Source: Octopus vulgaris (taxonomy: Eukaryota). Taken from it: a DNA stretch of 64,000 nt. How positions within the stretch are numbered: the first letter of the stretch is position 1; each line of letters starts with the position of its first letter. Below the pieces are notes generated by a model. It had not been told where the DNA came from, searched no databases, and was given only the letters and a program-made list of their open reading frames with translations. The position numbers were made by a program, and so were the translations under genes. The stretch is taken from contig OX597832.1 of the NCBI GenBank assembly GCA_951406725.2, forward strand, positions 43,214,001-43,278,000, read 5' to 3'. This document shows, one piece after another, positions 14,421-29,462 of this stretch.

Positions 14421-14956
14421 AATTGTAACGTTACGCACACAAACCCTCAACTACAACTGGTTTTCATTTCGTGAGAGCTCTCTCTGTTTCTATTTTCTTT
14501 TTTTCTTACACTTCTATTTCTATTGGTTTTTGTTTTCTATATGTCCACCATTTTCACTTTACTTTCTTTCTATCTTTTCTCTATTTTTCTATGTTTTCTC
14601 TATCTGCCTACCCTTCCACCGATGTTTCCCACTCTTCTCTCTATCTCTGAGTATAATCCTATCTACCTTTCTGTCCTTTCTTATTTCTTTTTGCTTGCCA
14701 TTCTATTGTTTTCTCTGACTATTATTTTCACTCAACCACTATCTACCATTTTCCCTATTCAAATGCCTTTCTATCAAAGAGCTAGTGTATCTTGGACTTC
14801 GTCAATATGACATAAAAGAGACTTGGTTGCAATTTCTAACATATCCAGCGATTGCATAAAGGTTTTGCGACTAGATTGTTTGGGAAGACAACCAATCCGC
14901 AGTCGTTCCAGGACCAACATGGATGCTTTGCAGTATACGCTGAGATTCTTGACAAC

Positions 14957-15112
14957 CTGAGTTCAAGTCCCGCCGGGGTCGACTTTCCCTTTCATCCTTT
15001 CGGGGTCGATAAATTAAATACCAGTTACGCACTGGGGTCGATACAATCGACTTAATCCGTTTGTCTGTCCTTGTTTGTCCCCTCTATGTTTAGCCTCTTG
15101 TGGGCAGTAGAG

Positions 15113-15116
<4 letters not shown>
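14957..15116 (+). mobile_element. SINE family A, 5'-truncated
   Basis: gagttcaagtccc B box, gtcgactttccctttcatcctttcggggtcgat body and standard 3' end. Confidence 0.88.
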
Positions 15117-15178
<62 letters not shown>

Positions 15179-15212
15179 GTAAATTAATATGTTACCATTA
15201 TTCAATAGTCAC

Positions 15213-15273
15213 GATAAAACTCTGAGTTTCAGATGCCGAAGTGGAAATCCACAACACCATCTCTTCTGTTATC
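15213..15273 (-). ncRNA. Decayed type I hammerhead motif in a PLE-like fragment
   Basis: Minus strand GAUAA-CAGAAGA-GAUG...CAUC-U-GAA-ACUC-A-GAGU-U-UUAUC. Stems I and III pair; the core has U4A. Confidence 0.6.
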
Positions 15274-15724
15274 TGGCCATCTGAAAAACGCTATGAAAAA
15301 ATACCGTTATATAAAGGGAAATTACTGTGTTATAATTCCGCTACTTATATAAATTAAGATTAAATGTTCATAGTAAACACGTGAACATGGCTACTCATAC
15401 GCTCACATGTGCGCTCGCGGACCGATGTGCGTACTAATACGTCACTATGAAAACGTACACATCTTCACTCGCATTTTTCGCCAAATGTATACGCATATAT
15501 ATACAAACTCATACACACACACACGTACCGTAAAAGTTCATACATACGTCTATATACGCACAAGCACAAGAAAAAACATGGTTAAGGGTAACAGTTTCCT
15601 CTATTTACATAATATTGAGGTCTCTCTCTTTCTTTTGTTATCTTACCGTTTTACCAATATATATATATCCCTTTCTATCTCGTACTTTTACTCTCTCCCC
15701 AACCTCCTTCTTTCTTTCTCTCTT

Positions 15725-15763
<39 letters not shown>

Positions 15764-16147
15764 TCCCTTTCTCTTTCTACCTCTATCTATCACTATCTCT
15801 CTTTGGACTGCACCTGTAAATCAATGATCCAGCTTTGTCTCATAATACCACGCCGATTCTGCCTCGCAATTACATTCAGTACTACACGCCTCCGTACTGG
15901 ACTACTCACCGACTTTTCCACTAATTACACATGCAGGAATCCAGATGATCGAACAATTGGAATGCTTATCGTCGAAACCGACAGTGAATCCACCACATTT
16001 TTTCGGTCACGTGTTTTCGGTCAGAGCAGAAGTACATTCGGTGCCAAGCGTGGTCACAAGAGAATTGATGGAGATTCGACTAGCTTACCGGCTTTAAAGT
16101 AGCAGACCAGAAAAACATTTGGGTTATAGAATTTGGCATGCGAATTG

Positions 16148-16430
16148 ATGTATGTCTGTGTTTAGATGTGTGTATGTATGTATGTATGTATGTATGTATG
16201 TATGTATGTATGTATGTATGTATGTATGTATGTATGTATGTATGTGTGTATGTATGTATGTATGTATGTATGTATGTGTGTATGCATGTATGTATATATG
16301 TACGTATGTATGTATATATGTATGTATATGTGTGTATGTATGTATGCACGTACGTACGTATGTATGTATGTACGTATGTCTGGATGTATGTATCAATGTA
16401 GGTATGTATGTATGTATGTATGTATGTAAA
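16148..16430. repeat. (TATG)n microsatellite
   Basis: Direct reading. Confidence 0.95.
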
Positions 16431-16489
16431 GTATTTATTTTGTATGATATTCGATAAACCTGTATTTGTATCTGTTTATATATACATAC

Positions 16490-16543
<54 letters not shown>

Positions 16544-16544
16544 G

Positions 16545-16721
16545 TATAGGGAGAGTTTACGAAAAAACAAAAGACGAAGACAGGTGGTGTACAAAACAAA
16601 CAGATGTATTAGTATAACGCTCAGGAATAGAAAAATTCTTTTACGTTTCGAGCCTACGCTCTTCTACAGAAAGGGACACAGAAAGAAATAAAGGAGAGAA
16701 ACAAGGAGAGTAAAAAAGGAG

Positions 16722-16724
<3 letters not shown>
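16545..16724 (-). mobile_element. Penelope pLTR-like fragment with variant minimal hammerhead
   Basis: Reverse complement is nearly identical to 37555-37712; CTGTAGAAGAGCGTAGGCTCGAAACGTAA at 16641-16669; flanked by (TA)n on both sides. Confidence 0.7.
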
Positions 16725-16807
<83 letters not shown>

Positions 16808-17304
16808 ATATATGTATGTATGTATGTATACACAATACATACCAACATACAAACATACAGATATATAAGACCATACACAAAGATATATGCATGCATACAT
16901 TCATCCCAAAATATATTCATACTCACATGAATATATTCTTGCATACAAATGTATACATACATGTATTTGTACACGAGCACGCACGTACACTCACATGTCC
17001 CTACTAGAAATATCAGCCAAATCACTCGCAACTCACTCCCTGCTGGAAAGTCCACTGGTCAATGTAGATTTTTCATATACGAAAAGACGAGAAGGCCAGG
17101 GTTGGAACGCCTTTCACAATAGATCTACTCGTTCAGAAACGAACCGGGACTAAGCAATGACTGACAATAGCAAAAGTACTGGATCCGTTGAAGTTGGTAG
17201 CCCTGCAGGTGGTCTCTCGACCTGTTAGAAATAGCAGCCACATCTCTTTCAATTATAATTATTGGTTGCAAACTTTGTCACAATGCCAACAGTTTCGGAG
17301 GAGG

Positions 17305-17710
17305 GCTTAAGTCGGTTAGATCGACCCCAGTGCTCAACTGGTGCTTTTTTTAGCGACCCCAAAAGGATGAAGGGCAAAGTCGACCTCGGTAGAACTTTAA
17401 TTCAGCACATAAAGACGGACCAAATACCGCTAAGGATTTTGTCCGGCATGCTAACGATTCTGCCAGTTCTCCACCTACCTCTCGATTATAACTATTGGCC
17501 TCGAATTTTGGCACAAGGGCAGCAATTACAGAGGTGGAGCTAAGTTGATGACATCAACCCCAGTGCTCAATCGGTATTTATTTTAGCGACCCCAGAAGAA
17601 TGAAAGGCAAAGTCGACCTCAGTGGAATTTGAACTCGGAACTTAAAGACGAACGAAATGCCGCTGAGTATTTTGTGCTAACATCGTAACGATTCTGAAAA
17701 CTCGCCACCT
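17305..17710 (-). mobile_element. Two diverged SINE family A-related copies in tandem
   Basis: gacccc...aggatgaagggcaaagtcgacctcgg...ctaacgattctgccag at ~17305-17470 and ~17540-17710. Confidence 0.8.
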
Positions 17711-18289
17711 TTGTCTCAATTATGTAATTAATAGCACTAAAACTATTTGCCACCCACCACCAACACCTCCACCACTACTACCATTCCCCCACACTCCACC
17801 ATCTCGTCTCAACATTTTATCAGTTCATATCCCTTTTCTGCCGCCACTTCTCAGAAACCCTCCCTACTCATAATGATCGAAAATTGTACCACTCCGCTAA
17901 ATACTACAAACCATCCTCATCACACGCACACAGGTCCTACCCCGCTATCGACAGCACCGCAGCAACCACCACGCACGATACTACCTGCGCGGCCGCCCAG
18001 GCCACCGTTCACGTCACCGCTGCAACCGCCGCCATCACAAGCTCCATCGCAACCGCCACCGCAACCACAATCACCCTCATCGCTGCTGCCGCCACCTCCT
18101 GCGTCGCTACCACCTCTGTCAATACAGATGCGCCTCCACCGCCAAAACAATATTTCTTCAACTCCACCATTACCGCCCTCAATCAAACATCAAACACTCA
18201 CCTACAAATCGTAATGCGAAATATTGTAGTACACCATCTCTCGGCACGGCCACAACAATCATTTATAAAACCACCATCACCACCACCAC

Positions 18290-18915
18290 CACCACCACAA
18301 CGACCACAACCACCCCACAACAACCACCCACCACAACCACCCACATCAACCACCATCCACAACCACCCCCGACAACCACCCTCCACAACCACCCACCACA
18401 ACCACCCACCGCAACCACCCATCACAACCACCCACACCACCCACCCACCACAACCACCACACACAACCACCACCCACAACCACCACCCACCACAACCACC
18501 ACCACAACCACCCCCACCACAACCACCCATCACAACCACCCACACCACCCACCCACCACAACCACCACACACAACCACCACCCACAACCACCACCCACCA
18601 CAACCACACACCACAACCACCCTCCACAACCACCCACCACAACCACCCACCGCAACCACCCATCACAACCACCCACACCACCCACCCACCACAACCACCA
18701 CACACAACCACCACCCACAACAACCACCCACCACAACCACCCACATCAACCACCATCCACAACCACCCCCGACAACCACCCTCCACAACCACCCACCACA
18801 ACCACCCACCACAACCACCACACACAACCACCACCCACAACCACCACCCACCACAACCACACACCACAACCACCCTCCACAACCACCCACACCAACCACC
18901 CCCCACAACCACCGC
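18290..18915. repeat. C/A-rich minisatellite built from caaccacccac-like units
   Basis: Direct reading; blocks such as cacaaccaccctccacaaccacccaccacaacc recur. Confidence 0.9.
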
Positions 18916-19249
18916 CTTCGTTAAGCACCCGCAAATCCACCCACGACTAAATCATCAATCGACACGAAAGGAAAAAAGCCACATTGCAAACCACCCACAC
19001 TACCATCACATACCACAAACCACCTGCCAACACGCAAATCACCACCACCACCACCGCCATCATTACATGTTCCTAACCCCCCCTCCCCTCACAACGTTCG
19101 TCACTATTCACTATACCATCGTCATAATGTCACCTGACACCCTTTGTCAATGAATAATAAGGACCAATCCGCCAATGTCTTCAGTTTTACTGTGATTTTC
19201 AAGTGTTACCCAACGAGAGAGGAAAATAAAACACCCTCCGCTACTCCAC

Positions 19250-19620
19250 CACCACCACCACCACCATCATCACCCCCTTCAGCACCAACACTCTCACTAC
19301 CACCACCACCATCATCACCCCCTTCAACACCAACACTCTCACTACCACCACCACCATCATCACTTCAACACCAACACTCTCACTACCACCACCACCATCA
19401 TCACCCCCTTCAACACCATCACTCTCACTACCACCATCACCATCATCACCCCCTTCAACACCAACACTCTCACTACCACCACCACCATCATCACCACCTT
19501 CAACACCAACACTCTCACTGCCACCACCACCATCATCACCACCTTCAACACCAACACTCTCACTACCACCACCACCATCATCACCACCTTCAACACCAAC
19601 ACTCTCACTACCACCACCAC
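19250..19620. repeat. 45-bp minisatellite, about 8 copies
   Basis: ctctcact anchor at ~19291, 19336, 19377, 19422, 19467, 19512, 19557 and 19602. Confidence 0.93.
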
Positions 19621-20139
19621 CGCCGTAGACTACCACCTCTGTTACCAGCTTCTCCAATAAAATCCCCAATAACACCACCATTACCACCACCACTACCACC
19701 ACTACCACCATCACCATCATTTCCTAAATAATACCACCAACACCATCATTATCATCATCATCATCATCACCATCATTATCATCATCGTTATCATCATCAC
19801 CATTATTGTCACCATTATCTTCAGGACCGCCATCACGACCATCATCACCATCATCTTCAGGACCGCTACCACCGCCACCATCTCCGCCATCACCACCACC
19901 ACTACCTTCCCCACCTTCACCACCATCAATACCACCAGAATCACAGCCACCACCTCCGTCACCGATACCAACACCAGTACCACTACTACTACCACCATTA
20001 TCGCCACCACCACTATTGCCTATACCACCAGCGCAACCACCATACCATGGTCATTCCTTTCCATAATTAGAAGGAAAACACGAGAGATGGATCAAAAATT
20101 AATTACATTATTGTAACGGGGGACTGGAACGAGAGAATG

Positions 20140-20627
20140 GTGGTGGTGGTGGCGGCGGTGGTGGTGGTTGTGGTGGTGGTGGTGGTGGTGGTGGTGGTGG
20201 GTGGTGGTGGTGATGATGTTAGTGGTGGTTGGGCAAGCGGTAGTGGTTGTGGTAGTGTTGTTGGTGGTGGTGGTGATGTTAGTGGTAGTTGAGCAGGCGG
20301 TGGTGATGGTAGTGGCGCTGATGGTGGTGGTGGCGGTGATGGTGGTGGTGGTGATGGTTGTGGTGGTGGTCGCCGTCGTCATCGTAGCAGCGATGGTAGC
20401 GGTGTTCTTACTGTCAGTGGTGGTGGTATTGGTGGTCGTGGTGGTGGTGTTGGTGGTGACAGAGGTGGTGGTGATTTGGTGGCAGATGTGGTTGTGGTCG
20501 TGGCCGTGGTTTGCATGGAGATTATAGTTTAGGTTGTAGTGATGGTGGTGGTGGTAGTAGTGACTGTTGGGATTATGGAGACGGTGGGGATAGTAGAAGT
20601 AGTAGTAGCAGCAGCAGCAGCAGTACC

Positions 20628-20679
<52 letters not shown>

Positions 20680-20680
20680 A

Positions 20681-20712
<32 letters not shown>

Positions 20713-21190
20713 ATAGTAGTTCTGATGATGGTGCCAGTGGTTTTAGTGGTCGTGGTGGTTGTCGTCGTCGTCGTCGTCGTGATCATGAAGGCACTGGTGG
20801 CGACGAAGAGATGACGGCAACGTTGGTGAAGCTTGAGGATATTCTCGGTAGAAACGGTTGGCGTTGAGAGGGCGGTGGGTAATGGTGGTGAGTGGTAGTC
20901 ATGGTAGTGGTGGTGGTGGTGGTGGTGGTGGTGGTGGTGGTGGTGGTGGTGATGGTGGTGGTGGTGGTGGTGGTGGTGGTGATGGTGGTAGTGGTGGTGG
21001 TGGTGGTGGTGGTGGTGGTGGTGGTGGTGGTGGTGGTCGTGGTGGTGGTAGTGATGGTGGTGGTGGTGGTGGTGGTGGTGGTAGTGATGGTGGTGGTGGT
21101 GGTGGTGGTGAGTTGTAGTGATGGTGGTGGTGGTGGTGGTGGTGAGTGGTAGTGATGGTGGTGGTGGTGATGGTGGTGGTGGTGGTGGGG
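20140..21190. repeat. (GGT)n/(GTA)n low-complexity tract
   Basis: Direct reading. Confidence 0.93.
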
Positions 21191-21539
21191 ATGTAAACTG
21201 CCTATTTACCTTCATTAACATCATACCCACCACAACCAACGCCACCGCCACAAGACACCACCGCCACCCTTACACTCGACCATCATGACGTAACTCAACT
21301 ATTTTTCCTCTCCTCCTCAACTCAACCTGCCACTCACTCTCTCTCCAAAACGATTCCTCCAAAGCATTCCTCCTACCTCTCCCCCCCCCCCCCCGCCGTC
21401 TCTTCCCTCCTCCTCCTCCTCCTGCTCAACACCCATCCGCCACAACATTTTATTCATCTCTTTTACCGACTTCCGTCTTTGCTCCGTTTCTTTGTTGCTG
21501 TTTGTTAGACAGCATCCATTCCTGATCTGCTTGCACAAC

Positions 21540-21606
<67 letters not shown>

Positions 21607-21667
21607 GTCGTCGTCATCATCATCACCATTATCATCATCATCATTATCATCATCGTCATCGTCGTCG

Positions 21668-21703
<36 letters not shown>

Positions 21704-22090
21704 CCACTGACGATGACAACAAACAAGGGCACCGTCACCATCAGCCATAGCATCACCAACAACATCAACATCACTGTCACTGTCAGTCATACTAACACCA
21801 CCACCAACCCCATCAGCATCATCACCACTACCATCTAAACGACAATCTCCGCGAAAATCACGAGCACGACCACGACGACATCCACCACCACTACCACTTC
21901 CACCACCACGAATACCATCACCACTACAACCAATACCACCAAGTTTATTGTGTGCAAATTTTGTATGTATGTATGTGTGTATGTATGTATGTATGTAGTT
22001 ATGTATGTATGTATGTATGTATGTATGTATGTATGTGTGTATGTATGTATGTATGTATGTATGTGTGTATGTATGTATGTATATATGTAT

Positions 22091-22481
22091 GTTACAGTCA
22101 TTTGACTGCGGTCATGTTGGAGCACCGTCTTTAGTAGAGCACTTCGACCCCAGGACTTATTCTTTGTAAGCCCAGTACTTATTCTATCGGTCTCTTTTGC
22201 CGAGCCGTTAAGTTACGGGGACGTAAACACACCAACATCGGTTATCAAGCGATGTTGGGGGGCAAACACAGACACAAACACACACACATACATACATATA
22301 TACATATACATATATACGACGGGCTTCTTTCAGTTTCCGTCTATCAAATCCACCCACAAGGCTTTGGTCGGCCCGAGGCTATGGTAGAAGACACTTGCAC
22401 AAGGTGTCACACATTGGGAATGAACCCGGAACCGTGTGGTTGGTAGGCAAGCTACTTACCACACAGCCACTCCTGCGCCTA
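22091..22481 (-). mobile_element. SINE family B (CORE-like), full length
   Basis: Reverse complement matches 47461-47857, head AGGCGCAGGAGTGGCTGTGTGGTAAG. Confidence 0.9.
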
Positions 22482-22516
22482 TATATATGTATTACCAGTC
22501 TTTGGTAATATATATA

Positions 22517-22737
22517 TTTCTTTATTATCCACAAGGGGCTAAACATAGAGGGGACAAACAAGAACAGACAAAGAGATTAAGTCGATTACATCGACCTCAG
22601 TGCGAAACTGGTACTTTATTTATCGACCCCGAAAGGATGAAAGGCAAAGTCGACCTCGGTGGAATTTGAACTTAGAACGTAACGACAGACGAAATACTGC
22701 TAAGCATTTCGCCCGGCGCGCTAACGTGTCTGCCAGA
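22517..22737 (-). mobile_element. SINE family A, single unit
   Basis: Same head and body as 2960-3559. Confidence 0.9.
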
Positions 22738-23660
22738 TGCAAAATGTCAGATACTTCCTGGATTTAGTGGAAGAGTTAATTGTGATGTCCCTTCAATACC
22801 TAGAAGTAAACATAACAATAAGGGAACCTAATGATAGATTATATACGTATGAAGTTAATATGATGTGAGACGGTTTACTTTTGAAGGCAGCATAAGCAGT
22901 GTAGCATTGATAAGATTCACTCTTTATAAATAAATTCAAGACTTTCACATAATGTCTTGAAAAAATTGTCAGCGAGGAAACAGATTACAGAATTCACGAC
23001 AGCTTTCAACGAGCTTAAACGACGAAGAACGCTTTGAAGAATATAGCACCAGATTATAGCGATAGACAGGATAATCAGGTTAGAATGTCTTTGAACATTA
23101 GTATTTTTCGCGCAGAGAGTCTGGTGTTAAACAATTACAATAGCAAAGACAGCTCGGCTGAACGGTATTGAATATCACGAAATATAAACCCGAGCGTTTA
23201 AAGAAAAAAAAGAAATAAGGAGAGATGAAAGCGAAAATGTTTCCCGCCATCAAAGATTCGACAAGTCACATCTTGCAACAGCCATTGAGATAAATATCCT
23301 AGCGTGACGAAATCAAATGCATTGCAAAGTCGACAAAATCTCAGTTACTCAGTATGAAAGAGGTTTTGATGTAACGAAACCGCCGCAGTCTCGGCGACCT
23401 ACAACGACCAAATTGCAATTACATTGCTTAGATAGACAACTGCTGTTCTGTCTGTTTTTGTAATGGAAACAACCATCAACACAGAACTTGACTTGGCTTA
23501 AAATATTAAAACTGATGAAGAAGAAATCTAGACATGACAGAGAAGTAAGGGGGAACATATTGTAGGGAGTTCTGAAGAGAGATTGCCTACAGGAAATACA
23601 TTGTCCTGAGCAGTGATTTGCGTTTAAAATCATACCCAAAGTTTTATGCAATATATATAC

Positions 23661-24063
23661 TTTTCTACTCTACGCACAAGGCCCGAAATTTTTCGGGAGA
23701 GGGTCCTGTCGATTAGATCAACCCCAGTACGTAACTGGTACTTAATTTATCGACCCCGAAAGGATGAAAGGCAAAGTCGACCTCGGCGGAATTTGAACTC
23801 AGAGCGTAAAGACAAACGAAATACCCATTTCTATTTCTTTACTACCCACAAGGGGCTAAACATAGAGGGGACAAACAAGGACAGACAAACGGATTAAGCC
23901 GATTATATCGACCCCTGTGCGTAACTGGTACTTATTTATCGACCCCGAAAGGATGAAAGGCAAAGTCGACCTCGGTGGAATTTGAACTCAGAACGTAACG
24001 GCAGACGAAATACCGCAAAGCATTTCGGTCGGCGTGCTAAAGCTTCTGCCAGCTCGCTGCCTT
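23661..24063 (-). mobile_element. SINE family A dimer, second unit with an alternative tail
   Basis: Head at ~24063, standard unit, then a second body ending ...aaaaatttcgggccttgtgcgtagagtagaaa. Confidence 0.88.
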
Positions 24064-24074
24064 TTTATACAGTA

Positions 24075-24250
24075 TATATAGCCGTAATCGCGGTTGTGTA
24101 GTAAGAAGTTTGCTTCCCAGCAACCTGGTTTCTGGTTCAGTCCCATAGTGTGGAATCTTGGGCAATTGTCTTTTTTTTTTCTATCGCCTCGGATTGACCA
24201 AAGTCTTGTGAACGAATTTGGTTGACGGAAACTGAACAAATTCCGTTATA
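24075..24250 (+). mobile_element. SINE family B 5' fragment
   Basis: ggttgtgtagtaagaagtttgcttccc...ggttcagtccca...cttgggcaa. Confidence 0.75.
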
Positions 24251-24510
24251 TATATATTCAAAGTGAGAGAGAGGTTATTTATAGTAGTCAATACACTGTA
24301 GGCACATCAAAAGTAGGACACCAGAAATGGTTATGTACAATAGCATACATTTGACAGTGATGTCAACCAACAATGGAAGTATCAAGTGTTGGTCGGATAC
24401 AGGAGATATTTAAGTACTAAATCCAATTTAAACCGTAGATCCGACTGAGGGCTGGTTCTGGGTGTGGCACAGGTATAAAAATAAAACACAAACCGGGTTT
24501 AAAAATTTAA

Positions 24511-24582
24511 AACAGCTGTTTCGATAGAATTTTATTGACGTAATCATAAATTACATCGTAACATATAATCCACCATCTTCAG
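24511..24582 (-). ncRNA. Decayed hammerhead motif (PLE pLTR-like)
   Basis: Minus strand CUGAAGA-UGGUGGAU...AUUCUAUC-GAAAC-AGCU-GUU. Palindromic stem III, but stem I does not pair. Confidence 0.5.
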
Positions 24583-24861
24583 GCCCTGAACGGCAGATGA
24601 GGCTTCAACAACATCCTCCTGAATAACAGACACAGATGATTTGTTTATAGCGATCAAATGCTTGTGAAGTACATTTGCCCACTCACTCCAACAAATCAAT
24701 ATTACCTCCACAAGTCCATGGAGCACCATATATCACATGACAAGCTAATCATAGAACGTGAAATGATGTGTTTTGCTTCATACAACGCAGCGCCCAAATC
24801 CAGGAATCGACATTGCGAGCGACCGTGAGTGCAAAACCTTAATCGCTAGGACATGCATTCT

Positions 24862-25004
<143 letters not shown>

Positions 25005-25191
25005 TTAATTAGAGACTTTTTATTAAAATTTTATGTATTGATTAAGTCTTTCCTTGTTTGTTTTGCAAAATAGTGGTTTTGTCTCTAATTAATATTATAT
25101 AATATTTTACTATAAAATTGGATTTAATCCTAAATCTGATTTTTTTCCCTGTAAATTTGGATTTATTCCCTAATATTTATTCCCTAATATT

Positions 25192-25290
<99 letters not shown>

Positions 25291-25469
25291 CAAAGGTGCA
25301 GAAACGACGTACACCGTATGAATTAAAAGATAGTGTAATCTAAGTGTAGATTAAGAAATCCATGAATCAGGTACTTCAAAACAATCAGAAGGACGAGGAT
25401 TGTCATTTCAGCAATGTAACTACATCTGTGCCGTTAGGGATTTCTTCAACGTCTTCGAACTTTTCCATT

Positions 25470-25635
25470 TTTTCCTTCCTGACGAAGAGCTATGCTTGAA
25501 ACGTCAAAAGCTCTCTCCTTTCACTGAGCGTCAAACTAATACATTTCTTGTGCACTTCTTCGCATTCGTTTCTCTTTTCTTATTCACTTATTTGTAATTT
25601 TTTATTTTGAATTGTTTGTTTATTTGAATAGACTA
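25470..25635 (+). mobile_element. Penelope pLTR-like fragment with minimal hammerhead core
   Basis: CTGACGA-AGAGC-TAT-GCTT-GAAAC-GTC at 25479-25505, then gagcgtcaaactaataca; ends at (TA)n. Confidence 0.65.
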
Positions 25636-25987
25636 TATATATATATATATAAGTATGTATGTATGTGTGTCTATATATATATATTATATATACATATTGT
25701 GTGTGTGTGTAGACAAATACACACGCAAACATTTATATTTATAGTCATATATGTATCCGCACACGCGTCCAACTGAACATATACTCTCATGCGCACACAC
25801 TCAAGTCCATATACGATGTATGTGTATATGTGTATATATGCACCCATAATGATACTCGCACACATACTTATAGTTACATAGAAATACGTATAAGCACATT
25901 AACACGAAAACGCCCTCATGTATTTATATATCTATATATGAGGGCGTTTTTGTGCATATGTATATATGTGCGTATATGTATGTATGG

Positions 25988-26028
<41 letters not shown>

Positions 26029-26033
26029 CACAC

Positions 26034-26099
<66 letters not shown>

Positions 26100-27408
26100 A
26101 TGTATATATATAGTTTTCGGTTATAAAAATACTATTTATCAACAATGCACTACATGTAATTTTAAATGGAGTATTTATGAGTTCCTTTTAGATGTTCAGT
26201 CACCCCATCCTCCCCTCCACCCTGTTCTGAACCGCCACCGTCACCGGCACCGGTACCGCAGGCACCATCGTTTGCTCACCCCATCGTTCACGATGTACTC
26301 CTTATCACCCAGTCATTGACTAAAACATCTTCTGTCTCTTTGGAGAAAAATAAAATAAAATTCATAAAAATAAATAACAATCTCTGCAGTATATTTCAAA
26401 TTTATAATGAGAAAAACAGTTTTTTTGTTGCTTTTTAATTTGTTTGTCCTTTGTGTTTTTTTCTTTTTTTTTCTTTTTCCTTTCACTTAAGAATTCTTCT
26501 CTTACTGGTAGACATTATGGCGAAATACTTGGCGATTTAGTTGGACTAATTTTTCTTTAATTTCTTTTATTTTTATATATATATATTCATTTTACATATA
26601 TTATATATATATATTTATCGTTTACAACCATTAATTCCTCTGTAAATGAACAAATATCGGTTAAAACATTAATTCTTAATAAAAATATTATTCCAGGATT
26701 TATCAGCGCTGTATAGTAAAATGCGAAACAAATTGCACGCAATAAAAATATCTACATTCATTTTGCTTCTCACTTTTTCTTTCTAAAGTGACATATATAT
26801 ATTTTTATAAAATATCTACCGAATTTTTCTGTCTACCTATATATCCCTCCCCCTCACTCACTCTTGCTTCTATTTATCTAGCTTTCCCCGTGGGTATTTG
26901 TTTATCTGTCTATCTCTTATCTATTTTGCTATTTATCTATATAAATATCTCCATATGAACATACATGTATAAATATTTATCTATCTACTTAATTGACTGA
27001 TAGATGGAGAGATATGTATCTATTAGGAATGATAAAATTTGTGACACAAATATGCTATGAATAGTGTCAGAGGCTATACATTAACCTGATAAACAGGCAT
27101 AAAACGAAACCAGCATAAAAAATAATGCCTGTCCATTTTTTTTACATAAACCTAATAATTTGTCTATCAAGATAGTAAAACCTATCTATGCCTATGACAT
27201 CAACCTATCTATTTAACCATCTATATATCTATTTCCTTTCTTGTCTATCTTCATACATATCTGCATAGTTATTTTTTATATTTATTTACTTATTTATGTC
27301 CACCTACGTATTTGATCATATTTAATAATCGATCTATCAATTTCTCTAAATGTCTATTTCTGTCTAACACTATTTCTTTCTTGCAATCTATCTATCTATC
27401 GATCAATC

Positions 27409-27534
<126 letters not shown>

Positions 27535-27650
27535 TTGCTTTGTTGTTTATCTGCATACATAACTTATTTATATATATATATCTATTTATTCCTTTATTTA
27601 TATCTACCAATCTATTGAACCATCTGTCTATCTATTTACCTGTCAGTTGT

Positions 27651-27730
<80 letters not shown>

Positions 27731-28222
27731 CTTTGTTTGTTCAATCTGCATACATAACTGCCTAGCTATTTTTATTTATAACTATAACTATACATCTATG
27801 TTTCAATCTCAAATACAAGAACATTACGCTGTTCTAAGTGAAGAGTGACAATCCCATTCTGCCTTTATTTCGTACATCTCAAACTCGCACAAATATATAC
27901 GCATTCAGACTCAAACGTGTTTATATAAAACAAGATGAAAGGAAATTGAACAACAACAAAAAAAAATGATATACACAATAGTAACGTTTCGACAATATAA
28001 CACTCTGAAATACCGAATATAGAATACGAAAACTGTAAAATGAATTGGAAGGGAAATAGAGGAATAGGATTAAGGAATATTTCTCTTCCATTTTTTTCCC
28101 CCCTTTCCTGCATTTTATTCTGAGGAAATGAAATATGCCTGATGAGTGGACAGACAAAACGGCACGACATACACGACATAAAGAAATGTGTCTTCTTTCT
28201 TTTGTCCCACTGCTCTATATCT

Positions 28223-28232
28223 GACCAATCAG
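28223..28232. promoter_or_regulatory. Possible CCAAT (NF-Y) box
   Basis: GACCAATCAG consensus match in non-repeat sequence with CpGs nearby; no transcript evidence. Confidence 0.25.
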
Positions 28233-28990
28233 AATCCAGCAAAACGCGCCACACAGAGTATTGATTCGAAGACGTCTGTTTTCTTAATTAACCCTTTTGT
28301 CTTACGAATTTATCTGCATGCCCTAGAATTGAATAACGGGGAAAGATGAGGAGCAAACAAACCAAAAAAATAAATAAATATAAATATATGAAAGCCATTT
28401 ATAAAAGGGAACACACATCGTTATAGTTGCTACATTCTTTAAAGAATTCTTTCCCTAATCTTCTGCCTCCTCCTCCTCCTTCACCTCCTCCTACTCTTCC
28501 TTCTCCTTCTTCTCCATACACCCTCCCCCTTCCTTATTATTCGCGTCCTCCACCCTCTCCTCCTCCTCCTCCGCCGCCGCCGTTTCCTCCTACTCCTCCT
28601 CGTCGCCATATTACAGAATTATATTCGTTCTTTGCTGTTTGTGTCACTGTCTGTCTGCCTGCTTGCCTGCATGTTCGTTTCATCGTCTGCACCCACTACC
28701 ACCACCACCATCATCACCACCACCACCACCACCACTACTGATGCTTCTCCTGCTTCCCCCCTCCTCCCCCTCCCCCGCCGCCTTCCAATACAACTCCCTT
28801 ACTCCATTTTTAACCCCTTCCCACCACCACCACCACCTTCTCTTCCTTTCCTCCCACCTCTGCTACCGTTTTCTCAGCCTGTCTTGTCACATCTCTTCAT
28901 TCTTGTTTTATTTTTCGTCTTCCTCTGTTCTGATTCCGACTGTTTCGTAATCTCCTTCCGTCAACATCCCATTCTCCTCCCCCACCCCCC

Positions 28991-29030
<40 letters not shown>

Positions 29031-29269
29031 CACATGCACACTACAACACAAACACATAAACACACGGGCACACATAGACTCATACACACACATACACACA
29101 CATGTGCATCATGCACTCATACACACACACATACGAACATACGAACACATACACACTTTCTTATCTCTTCATACGCTCCCCACTTCCCTCTCCGTTTTTA
29201 GGATGTTTCCTCCCCACCACCGTACCTAGTATTGTGTCTGTGGGTACGTATGGCTCTCAACCCCTCCTC

Positions 29270-29306
<37 letters not shown>

Positions 29307-29330
29307 AAAACACATACACACACACACACG

Positions 29331-29373
<43 letters not shown>

Positions 29374-29422
29374 ATGTATGCATATGTATGCGTATATATA
29401 CGTATGTATATGTATGTGTGTC

Positions 29423-29462
<40 letters not shown>

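Noticed and set aside
15800-16102. Complex 3' part of the 231-aa ORF 15407-16102, possible exon or transposase relic
   Set aside because: No recognisable motif in any frame examined and no convincing splice context.
19241-19720. Repeat ORF GGGGSESVGVEGGDD and His-rich frames
   Set aside because: Product of a 45-bp CAC-derived minisatellite open in several frames; one unit breaks the frame.
26200-26330. GC-rich stretch resembling a short exon
   Set aside because: No sustained ORF or clear splice pair; could be UTR but is unsupported.
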